A stretch of 64,000 bases of DNA, from NCBI RefSeq assembly GCF_006345805.1, contig NC_043005.1:75392001-75456000 (forward strand), read 5' to 3'. A program made the translations under genes and the position numbers. The notes under the pieces are model-generated. The model had not been told where the DNA came from and searched no databases. It saw only the letters and a program-made list of their open reading frames with translations. The stretch comes from Octopus sinensis. Lineage: Eukaryota. Positions 26,400 through 39,390 of this stretch are shown here, one piece after another. Numbering within the stretch: the first letter of the stretch is position 1; each line of letters opens with the position of its first letter.

Positions 26400-26600
26400 T
26401 AAAGTTAATCCAAACAAGAAAGCACAAAAGAACACAACAACGCGAGGACGTGGAACAAATATAGTATTATTGGACGCTCAGGAAAGAAGTAGGGTTTAAC
26501 GTTTCGAGCGGAGCTCTTCATCAGAAACATAGGAAAAGGAAAGATCCAGAGAAGGGAAGACAGAGGAAAAAAAATTACCAACGGTACACACGAGGTCACA
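26400..26600 (-). mobile_element. Penelope-like terminal-repeat fragment
   Basis: Pyrimidine-rich minus strand containing CTGATGA-stem-GAAACGTT and ending in ggattaac next to a TA microsatellite. Homologous to 32375-32520. Confidence 0.6.
26494..26528 (-). ncRNA. Minimal type I hammerhead ribozyme motif, intact core
   Basis: GUUU-CUGAUGA-A-GAGC(UCC)GCUC-GAAA-CG-UU^AAAC. Stem I is 4 bp, stem II is 4 bp, stem III is the palindrome ACGU, and the cleavage triplet is GUU. Confidence 0.7.
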
Positions 26601-26602
26601 TA

Positions 26603-26633
<31 letters not shown>

Positions 26634-26841
26634 TTATATATATTCCTGTATGTTATATTTTAATAATTACTGGTATATTTATATATTAATATATTTTATA
26701 TGTAAAGCATAATATGTTAAACATGTATGTATATTCTTGTAATTGTCATTTTAGTAAATAAATAAATAAGTTGACATAGAATGTCTAAAAGTTGATGAAC
26801 CACCTATTGATCCCCTCCATTTTCTTATTGCTGTATATAAA

Positions 26842-26898
<57 letters not shown>

Positions 26899-26910
26899 TA
26901 TATATATATA

Positions 26911-27798
26911 CAGGGTGCATTGGGTAAATTGTTGCCATAATATATTTTTAATTTCATGCATGTGCATTGTTTGTTTTTGATTTTGTTGACTACACTATAT
27001 GGTAGGGTCAGTTGGGTACCACCTGTGAAAAAAACAGCACCATGACACAATTCACTCTGCCAGAAATTTGGAAACAACATGCTGTACTTCATGGCATTCA
27101 TGCTAGGAGCTCCAATACAAACATTTCAGAGTGTTTGCATGTCGATTTTAGGACAGTGCAGTCTGAGGACATGGACTGAGAGTGATAAAAATCAAACATC
27201 CAGTCAACATCATGGTGTTTGGAGTGATCACTAGTGTTGGTGAAGTTGTGTCTCCATTCATCTTCTCACACAGCATCAGACTCAACATGGAGGCCTACAT
27301 TAACTGCCTTGAGGAGGCAGTACTGCTCTGGGTCAAGAGGGTGGTTGCTGGAACATCCTATGTCTGGCAACAGGACTCTGTACCATGCTACACATGCAGG
27401 AGAACCCAGTCATGACTGTCAGATAATTTCTGTAGCCACATCACCCTTAATATCTGGCCACCTAACTCCCCAGACTGCAACCTCTTGATTATTATGTTTG
27501 GGGCGCAGTTGAGCAAGAGACCAACAAAATTCTTTGTAACACCAAAGATGAACTGAAGGCAAGGTTTATGGCAGCATTCACCAACTTAAACAAGGAGACT
27601 GTCAAGAAGGGTTGAGAAAGGTTCTGAAGTCATCTGGAGGCCGTAGTTGAAGCCAATGGTGATTTTATTGACTAAATCTACTCTTTAGTATTTCAAGATA
27701 TTTTTATGTAATTTTGGTAAATATATCTGTTAAAATGAGATGTCAGTATTATTTTCATTTTTGCATAATTTAGATGACAATTTATTCACCGCACCCTG
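26911..27798 (+). mobile_element. Internally deleted maT (DD37D) transposon
   Basis: TIRs CAGGGTGC(A/G)(T/G)TG(G/A)(G/A)TAAATTGT with TA TSD. Transposase C-half: KHPVNIMVFGVITS...WQQDS...WPPNSPDCNxLDYYVWG...ANGDFID. D-D spacing is 37 once a 1-nt deletion is restored. Confidence 0.85.
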
Positions 27799-27802
27799 TA
27801 TA

Positions 27803-28344
27803 TCTACTACATATGTGGGAAAACAAGTTAATAGTATTCTCCTAAACAATAGATCCACTTATTGCAGTTAGTGACTTATTCACGAATATACCAACATTAG
27901 TGCCGCTGAGGGTAATATTCTCTGGGAACACACAAAAGCTCTTTTCAGAGTTATTTACTTTGAATTGTTATTATCTCATATCTGATTAGTCTGTTATTAT
28001 GTAACATGCTCCACAATTCTAGTATACATACCTTATTAGTATTTCCTCCTAAGTTGTATATACTCTGGAAATGCATTAAAGCCCTTTTCAGGGCTAATTT
28101 ATTTGAATTCTTACTATTACATAACTAATTTCATGTTATTACATAACTGATTTCATAATTTGGGTATTCATAACTTATTGGGTATTCCTAAAAACAAGAT
28201 CCTGTGTAAGACAGTTCAGTATTCTCTGTAAATGCACAAAAACCATTTTAAGGGCTACATACTTTGCATTGTTATTGGTTTAGCGAAACAATTATGAGAA
28301 TGTAACCAAGAGATAAGCCCCACTTTCCCGGGTACGTCAGCTAG
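27803..28344 (+). mobile_element. Non-autonomous Helitron
   Basis: A|TC 5' end, cccggg-containing subterminal hairpin and CTAG|T 3' end, with no TSD. Directly abuts the maT element. Confidence 0.6.
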
Positions 28345-28355
28345 TAAATATATAT

Positions 28356-28682
28356 ATACATATATACCTGTGGCACATAAAATGGCACCATTTGAGCATG
28401 ATCGTTACCAACGTCGCTTCACTGGCACTCGTGTCGGTGGCACATGTAAAAGATTTGAGCGAGGTCATTGCCAGTACCGCCTGACTGGTCCCCATGCAGG
28501 TGGCACGTAAAAAGCACCCACTACACTCTCGGAGTGGTTGGCATTAGGAAGAGCATCCAGCTGTAGAAACTCTGCCAGATCAAGACTGGAGCCTGGTGCA
28601 GCCATCTGGTTGCCAGCCCTCAGTCAAAACCGTCCAACCCATGCTAGCATGGGAAACGGACGTTAAACGATGATGATGATGA
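28356..28682 (+). mobile_element. Family B repeat (RTE-associated 3' tail ending in (GAT)n)
   Basis: ggcacgtaaaaagcacccactacactc...ggaagagcatccagctgtagaaac...caacccatgctagcatgg..ggacgttaaacgatgatgatg. Other copies at about 1108-1290(-), 8213-8340(-), 18937-19430(-), 29297-29550, 35600-35775, 35911-36020(-), 46735-46922, 56745-56910, 59320-59735 and 59826-59978(-). Confidence 0.85.
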
Positions 28683-29722
28683 CATATACACATACACATA
28701 CACTTGAATGTATATGCAAATACACACATGCACATGGTATATATTGTACATTTTGAACATTATCTAAATATATTCTAGTATGGTATGCTATTACCATTTT
28801 TCATGATGCTGAATTACAATGACTAATTAAAAATCTTGAGGTATTATGCAACTTTGTGTCCTGGATCTTACTCTGATCAAATTTACCTTTCACCCACCAG
28901 TGATCAATAAAATATGTGCCAATCATGAATTAGCAATAATCAAAAAAAGCATATCTCTCCCAGATAAGATTTTGTGTTAATATTAAAAACCATTATCAAC
29001 GTTTAAGGGATATGAGGAAAGGCACACACACACATATAATTACTCATACACATACAGAAACAGCTATCTAATCTATTTATATATTTTTATACTCATATGC
29101 ATGTGTATAAATATGTATTAACCTATATTTGCATGTAGTGTTGTGTGTGTATGAATCATTATGTGTGTGTTCATTATGCATTTATATGAATATGTATGTT
29201 TATCTAAACCTGTATATTTCTGAGAGTGGTTTTTCACCCTCAGAGTGTATTGCATTATTTGTGTGTGTGTGTGTGTATATATATGTATATATATATATCG
29301 TGCTGGTGGCATGTAAAAAGCACCAACCGATCATCATGGCCGTTGCCAGCCTCCCCTGGCACCTGTGCCGGTGGCATGTTAAAAGCACCCACTACACTCA
29401 CGAAGTGGTTGGCGTTAGGAAGGGCATCCAGCTGTAGAAACACTGCCAGATCAGACTGGAGCCTGGTGCAGCCTCCTGGCTTCCCAGACCCCGGTCGAAC
29501 TGTCCAGCCCATGCTAGCATGGAAAATGGATGTTAAACGATGATGATGATATATATATAAAGTAAAAAGTAAAGGAGTCAAAAGGAAGAGTAAGTACAGT
29601 TAGGCAGCTTTTTAATCGCTACAAATGTTTCCATACATACAGATCCTCATATATACATGATTTAAAGTTTAAATTAAATTATTTAACGATTTACCTGTAT
29701 AAGAAGATCTATATGTATCTCT

Positions 29723-29865
29723 TCAGGCGATACTCAGTTGCTGTCTCCGTAAGCAAAATTTAGATTTCCATGCTGCAACATCCATGGCTTCTTTGAAACT
29801 AACAAATGCTGATGGTTTCAATTCACTCGGTATGAGTGTGCTATCACATTTGACATGAGGAATAC
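29723..29865 (-). CDS. Possible coding exon of an unidentified gene (GIPHVKCDSTLIPSELKPSAFVSFKEAMDVAAWKSKFCLRRQQLSIA*)
   Basis: Acceptor ttctagtcttag|G, 47 codons in phase 1 (46 sense plus stop), and donor cag|gtaaat at 29694. Family not recognised. Confidence 0.25.
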
Positions 29866-30149
29866 CTAAGACTAGAATTGGTAGCATACTATAAGAATAC
29901 TACCAGTTATTTGAGAATTCTTAGGGTGAACAAGCTCTATTTGTAGTCTTAGATGTTCTTAACAGAACACACCTCAACTGGCTATATATATATATATATA
30001 TTAATTTTTATATTTTTTGAGATCTAGTTATAAGTTATATGTTTTATAAAAATATATATTATTTGTTATTTATGTTTTGGTTTATGTCTATCACTGTTTG
30101 AGTTGCATAATAGTGGTTTTATCTCTAATTTATATTTTATATATATATA

Positions 30150-30550
30150 TATCACCTTGACTGACCAGTCCGTCAGGTGTCCATTTGACACCACTGGCCA
30201 CAGCACGCTGTCCATTCCTCTCTGCATCGCGCCTTTCTCAACCACGTGAAGCCAATCGTCCTCCTGAAATCATAACTCCACCATTGTGGAGGCCTTCCAA
30301 GTGGTAGTTTCTGCTCGTGCGGGTACCACTCGACAACTGTGCGGGTCCACCGATTATCGGTGAACTGGGCGACGTGTCCAGCCCATCTAAACTTGCTGCG
30401 TGTATACTCTGCGATGACATCCCTCACGCCAGACTTCTTTCTGATGATCTCGCTACTGATGTGATCCCTCAATGAGATACCTTTCCACGGCTCTTCGAGC
30501 CGTTACCAGTCTCTGCTCTTCTCTCTTTGTTGTAGCCCATGTTTCACTAC
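30150..30550 (-). mobile_element. RTE-clade LINE 3' fragment
   Basis: YGSETWATTKREEQRL...KFRWAGHVAQFTDNRWT..VVEWYP..K..LGRPP.WW, typical of the RTE ORF C-terminus. Confidence 0.85.
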
Positions 30551-30814
30551 CATATACATACATACATACGTGTGTGTGTGTATGGTTCTTAATGTAATTG
30601 TTTCTTTGTATTAAAATGCGTTCCAAAATAAATGCACACTTTATTTTAATGGCTCTGAGGATGCAATAAGATGTTGCCCAAACATTCAGCACTGAGTCCA
30701 CTGCTTCTTATAGCAGAAACAGCTGCAAGTTAATGAAGTTGAGTATGCAATACCTATTCCTTAGTCATTCAATAATTTGTATGTGAGTGTGTGTGTGGTT
30801 AAGAAGCTTGCTTA

Positions 30815-30831
30815 CTACCACTACCACCACC

Positions 30832-30883
<52 letters not shown>

Positions 30884-30893
30884 ATGATGATGA

Positions 30894-30925
<32 letters not shown>

Positions 30926-30940
30926 TCACTATTGTTGTTG
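30815..30940. repeat. Compound trinucleotide microsatellite (CAC/CTA/GCT/GAT)
   Basis: Directly visible. It generates the poly-V/T/S ORFs in the track. Confidence 0.95.
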
Positions 30941-32024
30941 GAGTTTCCTTCACAGTAAATAGGCATGGCTACAATTTGTCTGACTTCTTTTCTGCAGCTT
31001 GTCTCTTTAAATGATGAGCTGTAGTCATAGATTGAGTATAGACCAAGGCAGGGCACCTGGCACAAAGAGTGCCATCAAGCACTCTCAACCCTTTGCCTGT
31101 TGGGCCATGTAATTAGTGGAAGTCCAACTTTGGCATTCTATAGAGGTTTTGTGGTGGACAAAATTGATGTTCCTGGGGTAATTCTGGGTGTCAACAAGAA
31201 TCAGCTGGCTAGTCTGTTCCATAGGATTTTCAGGCTGGGGGCCAATGGATAATTTCCAGAAATCTTTAGCTTAGCAGTGTTACCAGGGGTCATTGCCAGT
31301 TTAAGATAAATAGGCATAGAAATTCTGTCAGCCAAACCTGCCTGAGATATGATCAGAACAATAAAAGTATTTTACATGCATGAACAAGCCAGATACCTGA
31401 GTATTGTTGGTGTGTAGGTTGATGTCAAACACCTCCTGTCACATGCAGAATGAATCTGGCTATTGGCTGAGTCCATTGTGAAGATCCTCTTGCTGCTTTC
31501 TTTAGTCTAGGAAGGACAGGTGGTGCTTATTTGTTAGGTGACCTTAGCAAAAAAATAGGGTTGTGTGGTGGACCAGATCGCATTTGCCTACGATCTAGGA
31601 ATCTCTGTATGCATGTGTATCATCACTCACAACATCCTGAAACCCTGTGGGCAGTAAATATACATATTGGTCAAAAGATATCCTGTTTCTTCTGTGAGAA
31701 ACAAACAGAACACATGTTCCCATATGACCAGATACTACATGAAGCAGACAAAGTTGTCAGACAAGTAATATGAGAGTGTGTAGAAAAGTTCCTGATTTTG
31801 CAGAATAGAAAATACAATAGGATTGATTAAATATGATTTTATTCAACATATTTCCCACTTTTAGGTTTGCCATATAAAATTGTATTGGTTTGGGTGTTCG
31901 GGGGCTAGGGATTGGTGGAAAGCTCAAAGACTCTCGGTGGCACACACTGAAACTATGCCACTGTGTTGAACATTTATAAATGCAAACAATGTTTTCTGTG
32001 CTCCAATTCAATGAGAATGTTCCT

Positions 32025-32247
32025 TATGAGGGGTGCTGAAAAATTCCTGGCTTTAGGTAAAAGAAAATACAGGAGGATCAGTTAATTGTGATTTTATTCA
32101 CCATATTCCCCTTCCAGATTTACACACTAATTTATTGCAGGGTCCTTCAGTTATTCTAAGCCCTGCAAAAGAACTCAGAGGGTTGGTCCTCCAACCAGGC
32201 CTTTTGTGATACCCTTAAAGCCAGGAACTTTTCACCACCCCCACATA
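32025..32247. mobile_element. Mariner-type MITE
   Basis: TA|tgaggggtgctgaaaaattcctggcttta ... taaagccaggaacttttcaccacccccaca|TA inverted termini. Confidence 0.7.
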
Positions 32248-32374
32248 CTTTAGCCAAATTCTGCTGAAAGTATTTCAGAGTCATATCATACAGAGATGTC
32301 AAGAAGGAGCATTTTGGGATACAGAAAGTAAGTTTATATGAATCTACACCTATAAATATATATATATATATATA

Positions 32375-33317
<943 letters not shown>

Positions 33318-34768
33318 GCATATATATGAATATATGCATATATGTATGTGTGTGTATATATATGTATGTATGTGTATATATGTGTGTATATATATATATG
33401 CATTTATATGTGTGTGTGTGTGTATTTGTGTGTGTGTGTGTGTGTGCATCCATGTGTGTGGGTGTGTGTGTGTTTCTGCCTTCTTGTCTTTAGATCATGT
33501 AACAGTCGTAAATGAGTGTCACTGTCACACAAGCTGTTGTCATTCACTTCAAATATTTTCCCCATGTTCTCATTCACAACTATCACATAATATCAAAACA
33601 AAGAAACACACACACCCACACAATTACGTACACTATGGGCTCCTTTCAGTTTCCATTTACCAGATTCACTCACAAGGCTTTCGTTGTAAATATGAAATGA
33701 ACATGAAAACTACCAGTCAGTTGAGTGGCAATAATAGCAGAAGTAAATAAAAGCAATCAGTACAAACTTTTAATAATAAATGCAGAGAAAAAGTAAAAAT
33801 CTTGCACCAACATGCCACATTCGATTTGTCATACATTGCTCACCTTGACATGTAAGCTAACAGGAAGTCTAAATAGAGATACAACATATATTAGTTTCTT
33901 ACCTGGGCAGAAAGCCAAAGAAAGACGTTTAGTGTGGGATTAACATTGTGAAATAGTCACTGATAAATAACAATCTTTGGTAGGTTATGTGTTACGTTCA
34001 TTATGACCACACTAACAGCAGTGTCAGTTCTCAAACATTTTTATTTACCCGAAAACATATGCATTTACACACAAAAAAACACACACAGACACATACACAG
34101 ATCTATATGCAACAGTTGGGTAAATAGAACAGCCTTCAAAAGTTTCACAGCATAATATGCTAAATAGTAATTAGTAAACTGTTTATAATTATTAAGAACA
34201 AATGAAGTAGAAAGAATGAAAGTATCATAAAGTTGACATAGTTTCAAGTAGTGTCTCTAGGGAGAACAATTAGAAAAAGTAAGACCACCTACAATGGAAC
34301 TGAGTAACATTGTTACTTAGCGGTTTGGCAAAAGAGACCAATAAAATAAGTACTGGGCTTACAAAAGAATAAGTCCCAGGGTCGAGTTGCTCGATTAAAG
34401 GCGGTGCTCCAGCATGGCCGCAGTCAAATGACTGAAACAAGTAAAAGAGAAAGAGTAAAAGAGTATAGCACCAGAAATGGTTCTATCTGGGAATTCAGAA
34501 TCCCAGTTTATGTAATACTCAGTGGTATTTCTAGAAAGTTCAACCAAACTATTTGACAGGAATGTTCCAATTCCCTTGATTATACACCAGCCGATCCCAT
34601 TGGCTGAGCCAATTTTGTAGGGGTATTAATGCCTTTTATAATGACATAAATTTTCATAACTGGCTTTGCCTTTTATGACAGTATGGTCAGTCAGGGTCCT
34701 GAGCAGATGGCGAATCTCAGCATGATGGTTCAAACCACAGTAAGAACCTTGCTACATGCATATGTTAT

Positions 34769-34995
34769 GGGCATATGACATAGTGGTTAAGAGCGGGGGC
34801 TACTAACCCCAAGATTCCGAGTTCGATTCCAAGCAGTGACCTGAATGATGATGATGATGATGAAGAGGAAGAGGAAGAGGAAGAGGAAGAAGAAGAAGAA
34901 GAAGAAGAAGAATACCTTAGGAATGAGAACCCAGGTTTGAAATTTCCCCAAGATACCCGATGAAGGCTGCAGGGTATACGTCCTGCAAACCCTAG
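34769..34995 (+). mobile_element. tRNA-derived SINE with internal (GAT)/(GAA) microsatellite
   Basis: A-box-like gacatagtggtt and B-box gagttcgattcc, followed by a trinucleotide run and a unique tail. Confidence 0.55.
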
Positions 34996-35001
34996 TGGAA
35001 C

Positions 35002-35265
35002 AAAATTGCATCATAACTGTTGAGGAACTAGCAGAGAAGCTTGGATTTGGTCATTCAACCATTCACTGACACCTGTACGCCATCGGAAAAGTCAGCAAAT
35101 TGGGTCAATGGGTTCCTCACAAACTTTCTGAGTGTAATCGCTCACAGAGAGTGAATGTGTGCTCTTCTTTACTTTTACATCATACGAATGAACCTTTTTT
35201 GGGACTGAATAGTGACTGGTGATGTGAAATCCGGTTCTCTATAAAAATGTCAAGTGCACAGAAAA
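35002..35265 (+). mobile_element. Mariner (DD34D-type) transposase fragment
   Basis: TVEELAEKLGFGHSTIH*HL..IGKVSKLGQWVPHKL...RV..C.SLL......FL..IVTGD (WVPHEL motif and first catalytic D). Confidence 0.8.
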
Positions 35266-35571
35266 TGTAATCAGTATTTTAGGTTTTATATGACGTACAT
35301 ATCTTTTATATGACAAGCCACAGTTAATTATGGCTGCTTTGTATCACATTACAGGCAGGTAAGCTTGGGCAATTAACTGTGTCAGGCCTTCTGAAATGTG
35401 CATATTGTGTAAAGCATAAAATACCAATTATATCTTCTGTTTGTCAAACCACCTCAAGTGCAAGAGTAGAATGTGGAACTTATGGATAGTGCATGAACCT
35501 TCTGAATATAAGTCTTGCTTTCCAGTGCACCTTTCAAAGTAAGCTATGTCTAACATACACATATGTGTGTG

Positions 35572-35602
<31 letters not shown>

Positions 35603-35776
35603 GGCACATAAAAAGCACTCACTACACTCTTGGAGCGGTTGGTGTTAGGAAGGGCATCCAGCTATAGACACCTTGTCAGATCAGATTGGAACCTGGTACA
35701 GCCTCCTGGCTTGCAAGTCCTCAGTCAAACTGTCCAACCCATGTCAGCATGGAAAGCGGACATTAAACGATGAATG

Positions 35777-35816
<40 letters not shown>

Positions 35817-36191
35817 AATTGAGATAGGGGTTGTAAATGCAACCCTCCATGGGATAACATATATCCAATATACTGCTAGTGAAGTACCCATTTCTCCATT
35901 TTCTTATTTTGTATCATCATCATCATTTAACGTCCGCTTTCCATGCTAGCATGGGTTGGACGGTTCAACTGGGGTCTGGGGAGCCCGAAGGCTGCACCAG
36001 GCCAGTCAGATCTGGCAGTGTATATATATATATATATATAAGTGTGTGTGTGTGTGTGTATATGAATACATGTATGTATGCATATATAAATATAAGAAGA
36101 GATGGTATTATCAAAATACCAACTCATGTGGCAGGTGAGTTATCAACTGTACAGGCAAATTAATAAAAAATATATATACAATATAAGTACT

Positions 36192-36226
<35 letters not shown>

Positions 36227-36546
36227 TACATGAAGGCACAACATGAGCATCTCCATCACTAAAAATTGAAGTAAAAAATACTTCTACAAATCTATTACAG
36301 GCATGAGAGTGTGTGTGTGTGTGTGTGTGCATGTGGGTGTGTCTTTGTATTTGTGTTTGTCCTCCCATCAACACTGAACAACTGGTATTGGTGTGTCCCT
36401 GCAACTTAGCGGTTTGGCAAAAGAGACCGATAGAATGAGTATTAGGCTTAAAAAGTAAGTCCTGGGGTCGATTTGTTTGCCTAAAACCCTTCAAGGTGGA
36501 GCTCCATCCAGCATGGCTGCAGACAAATGACTGAAACAAGTAAAAG

Positions 36547-36627
<81 letters not shown>

Positions 36628-36671
36628 TATATATCTGTAAATGTAATATGTGACAATTATTCAGTAGCCAT

Positions 36672-36732
36672 GATAAAACTCTGAGTTTCGGATGCCGGGG
36701 TGGAAATCCACGCCGCTATCTCTTCAGTTATC
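36672..36732 (-). ncRNA. Type I hammerhead ribozyme motif, intact core, long stem II
   Basis: GAUAA-CUGAAGA-[GAUAGCGGCGUGG AUUU CCACCCCGGCAUCC]-GAAA-CUCAGAG-UU^UUAUC. Stem I is 5 bp, extendable by GGCC/GGCU. Confidence 0.72.
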
Positions 36733-38124
36733 CGGCCATCGGAAAAATGCTATGTAAAATGACCGTTATACAAAGGGAAACTACTGTGTAATTGGCCATT
36801 ATTAAGACAAAAGAGCTACTTAAATGACCGCTAAGTGAGGGGAGGGAGTAAACGTAAGGGGTTAAATAGTTCATAGTATTCGCGTAAGCACACCTGTTCA
36901 TACCTGCACATGCGTGCCCGAACACCTACGTGTGTGCGCCTAAAGATATACATTCATCCACCCTCACTTGAAAACTTACACATCCTCACTCTCACTATTT
37001 GCCAAATGTATATGTATATACATACAAACCTACACACGCACACCACAAAGGTTCTTACACACGTCTATATACGCAAAAGCACAAGAAAAAGCAGGGCTAA
37101 GGGTAACAATACAGAATATATATATATATATATATATGGTGGCTGTCCCCTCTTTATCGAGTATGGCCATTGCTCGAAGCTTAATCAATGTTGTTATCGT
37201 GCAATGCCTGTGCAAGATTTCTTTTAAAGTGAGGAAAGGCTGTGCACTGAGTCAATCCCACTCACTAAGCACCAGCAGCCATAATCCGAAAAGAAGAACA
37301 AGTCAACATCATCGGTAACCACTGAGCTGCAGGTTTTATGTCGGAGTTATCCCAGTTACCTGAGTTACCTTCTCCTAGAAGGATGCCCTAAGAGTCCTTC
37401 ACTCCCAATGGTTTAACCGTGTGATCGGGCATTCAGTCCGATTATTTCTATGTCCCTGCGCATGATACAGCCTTAAGACATTTATTGGATGGCCGTTGAC
37501 TCTCAAGAGTTCCTCCGCCCTTTGACGGGTTTTGTTTTTCATCCCACAGGGTGTCCAACACACACATACACATATATATACATATATATTTACAATAGGC
37601 TTCTTTGAGTTTCCGTCTACCAAATCCACTGAAAAGGCTTTGGTTGGCCTGAGACTAAAGCAGAAAACACTTACCCAAGATGCCACATAGTGGGACTGAA
37701 CCCCAAAGTATGCTTCTTAGCGATGCACTTACACCTGTGCTTGTGCTGTGCCTGCACCTATAAAGAATGAAAATAACAAGAAAATAAACTACACCACCAA
37801 AAAATTTTCCAACTAACTGCTGTTTTTATTATTACAAATATACCATCCACCCACTGAAAAACTTCATGAAATAAAGTATTAGTAAAAACTTTTTTTTTTA
37901 CAATAATCATTTTATTATATTTATGTATTTGTTTTGCAAGATTCCTGATGTGAAATCAAGTATTGAAACAGATATTGTTAGATTTCAGGATCGTCCTTTT
38001 TTTTTTTTTTGTCTTTTTTTGCCAAGTAAACACATGCACTATATATTTGCTTTTCACTTCAGCTTTATTAAATAAGCATCCAACATATAACAATATTTTG
38101 TTATAACTTATTGATTAAGGTGGT

Positions 38125-39390
38125 GAGATGGCAAAATGATTACTGCACCAGAAGAAAATGTGTTCTTTACATTCTGAGTTCAAATTCTCCTAAGGTCTAG
38201 TTTACCTTTCATCCTTTTGGGTTCGATGAAATAAGTACCAGTTGTGACTTGGAGTCGATGTAATCAACTAGCCCCATCCTACTAAATTTCAAGCCTTGTT
38301 GCTATAGTAGGAAGGATTATTGATTTATTAATTTAAGTGGTGAGCTGGCAGAATCGTTAGCATACTGGACAAAATGCTTAATGGTATTTCATCTGCCATT
38401 ATGTTCTGAGTTCAAATTCAGCTGAGGTCGACTTTGCCTTTCATCCTTTCAGGGTCGATAAATTAAGTACCAGTTATGCACTGGGGTTGATGTAATCGAC
38501 TTAATCCATTTTTGTCTGTCCCCTCTGTGTTTAGCCCCTTGTGGGTAGTAAAGAAATAGGTATTTCATCTGTCTTTATGTTCTGAGTTCAAATTCTGCCA
38601 AATTTGACTTTGCCTTTCATCCTTTTGGAGTCAATGAAATAAGTACCAGTTGTGCACTAGTATCAATGTAAACAACTAGAAACCCTTCCCTAAAACATTT
38701 ATGCTTATAATAGAAGGGACTGTTATTTGTTGATTTATATAAATCAATATATTTATATACTTATTGATTTATATAAAGGCAGTGAACTGGCAGAATTGTT
38801 ACTGTGCCAGCCAGAATGCTTAGCAACATCTCACCTGTATATATGTTCTGAATTCAAATTCCTCTAAGGTTGACTTTGCCTTTCATCCTTTCAGGATCGA
38901 TAAAATAAATACCAGTTGAGCACTGGAGTTGATGTAACTGACTTAGCCACTCCCCTGAAACAGCTGGCCTTGTGCTAAAATTTGAAACCAATATTTATTG
39001 ATTTATTCTTTTCTACTCTAGGCACAAGGATCGAAATTTTGGGGGAGGGGGCCTGTCGATTAGATTGGCCCCAGTATGCAACTGGTACTTAATTTATCGA
39101 CTCTGAAAGGATGAAAGACAAAGTTGACCTTGGTGGAATTTGAACTCAGAATGTAGCAGCAGACGAAATATTGCTAAGCATTTTGCCTGGTGTGCTAATG
39201 TTTCTGCCAGCTCACTGCCTTATGTTTATTGATTTATTGAACAGGATGGATTGGCAGGAATTTGTAGTTTTCAGTTCAAATCACACTGAGGTTCACTTTG
39301 ACTTTCATTTTCCCAGGGTCAATAAAAACCGATATTAATCAAACCCCAGAGATGATTTAATTGACAATACTCCTCCCCCATTTTCAGGCA
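38125..39390. mobile_element. Cluster of about 6 copies of one tRNA-derived SINE (one inverted, about 39007-39222)
   Basis: Repeated gagctggcagaat.gttagc...ttctgagttcaaatt...gactttgcctttcatccttt.ggggtcgat.aa.taagtaccag. Other copies at about 24540-24690 (+) and 54180-54398 (-). Confidence 0.85.

Noticed and set aside
33903-34020. Minus-strand exon ending at cag|gtaaga
   Set aside because: Good donor, but all frames from the nearest acceptor contain stops. Cannot be supported as coding.
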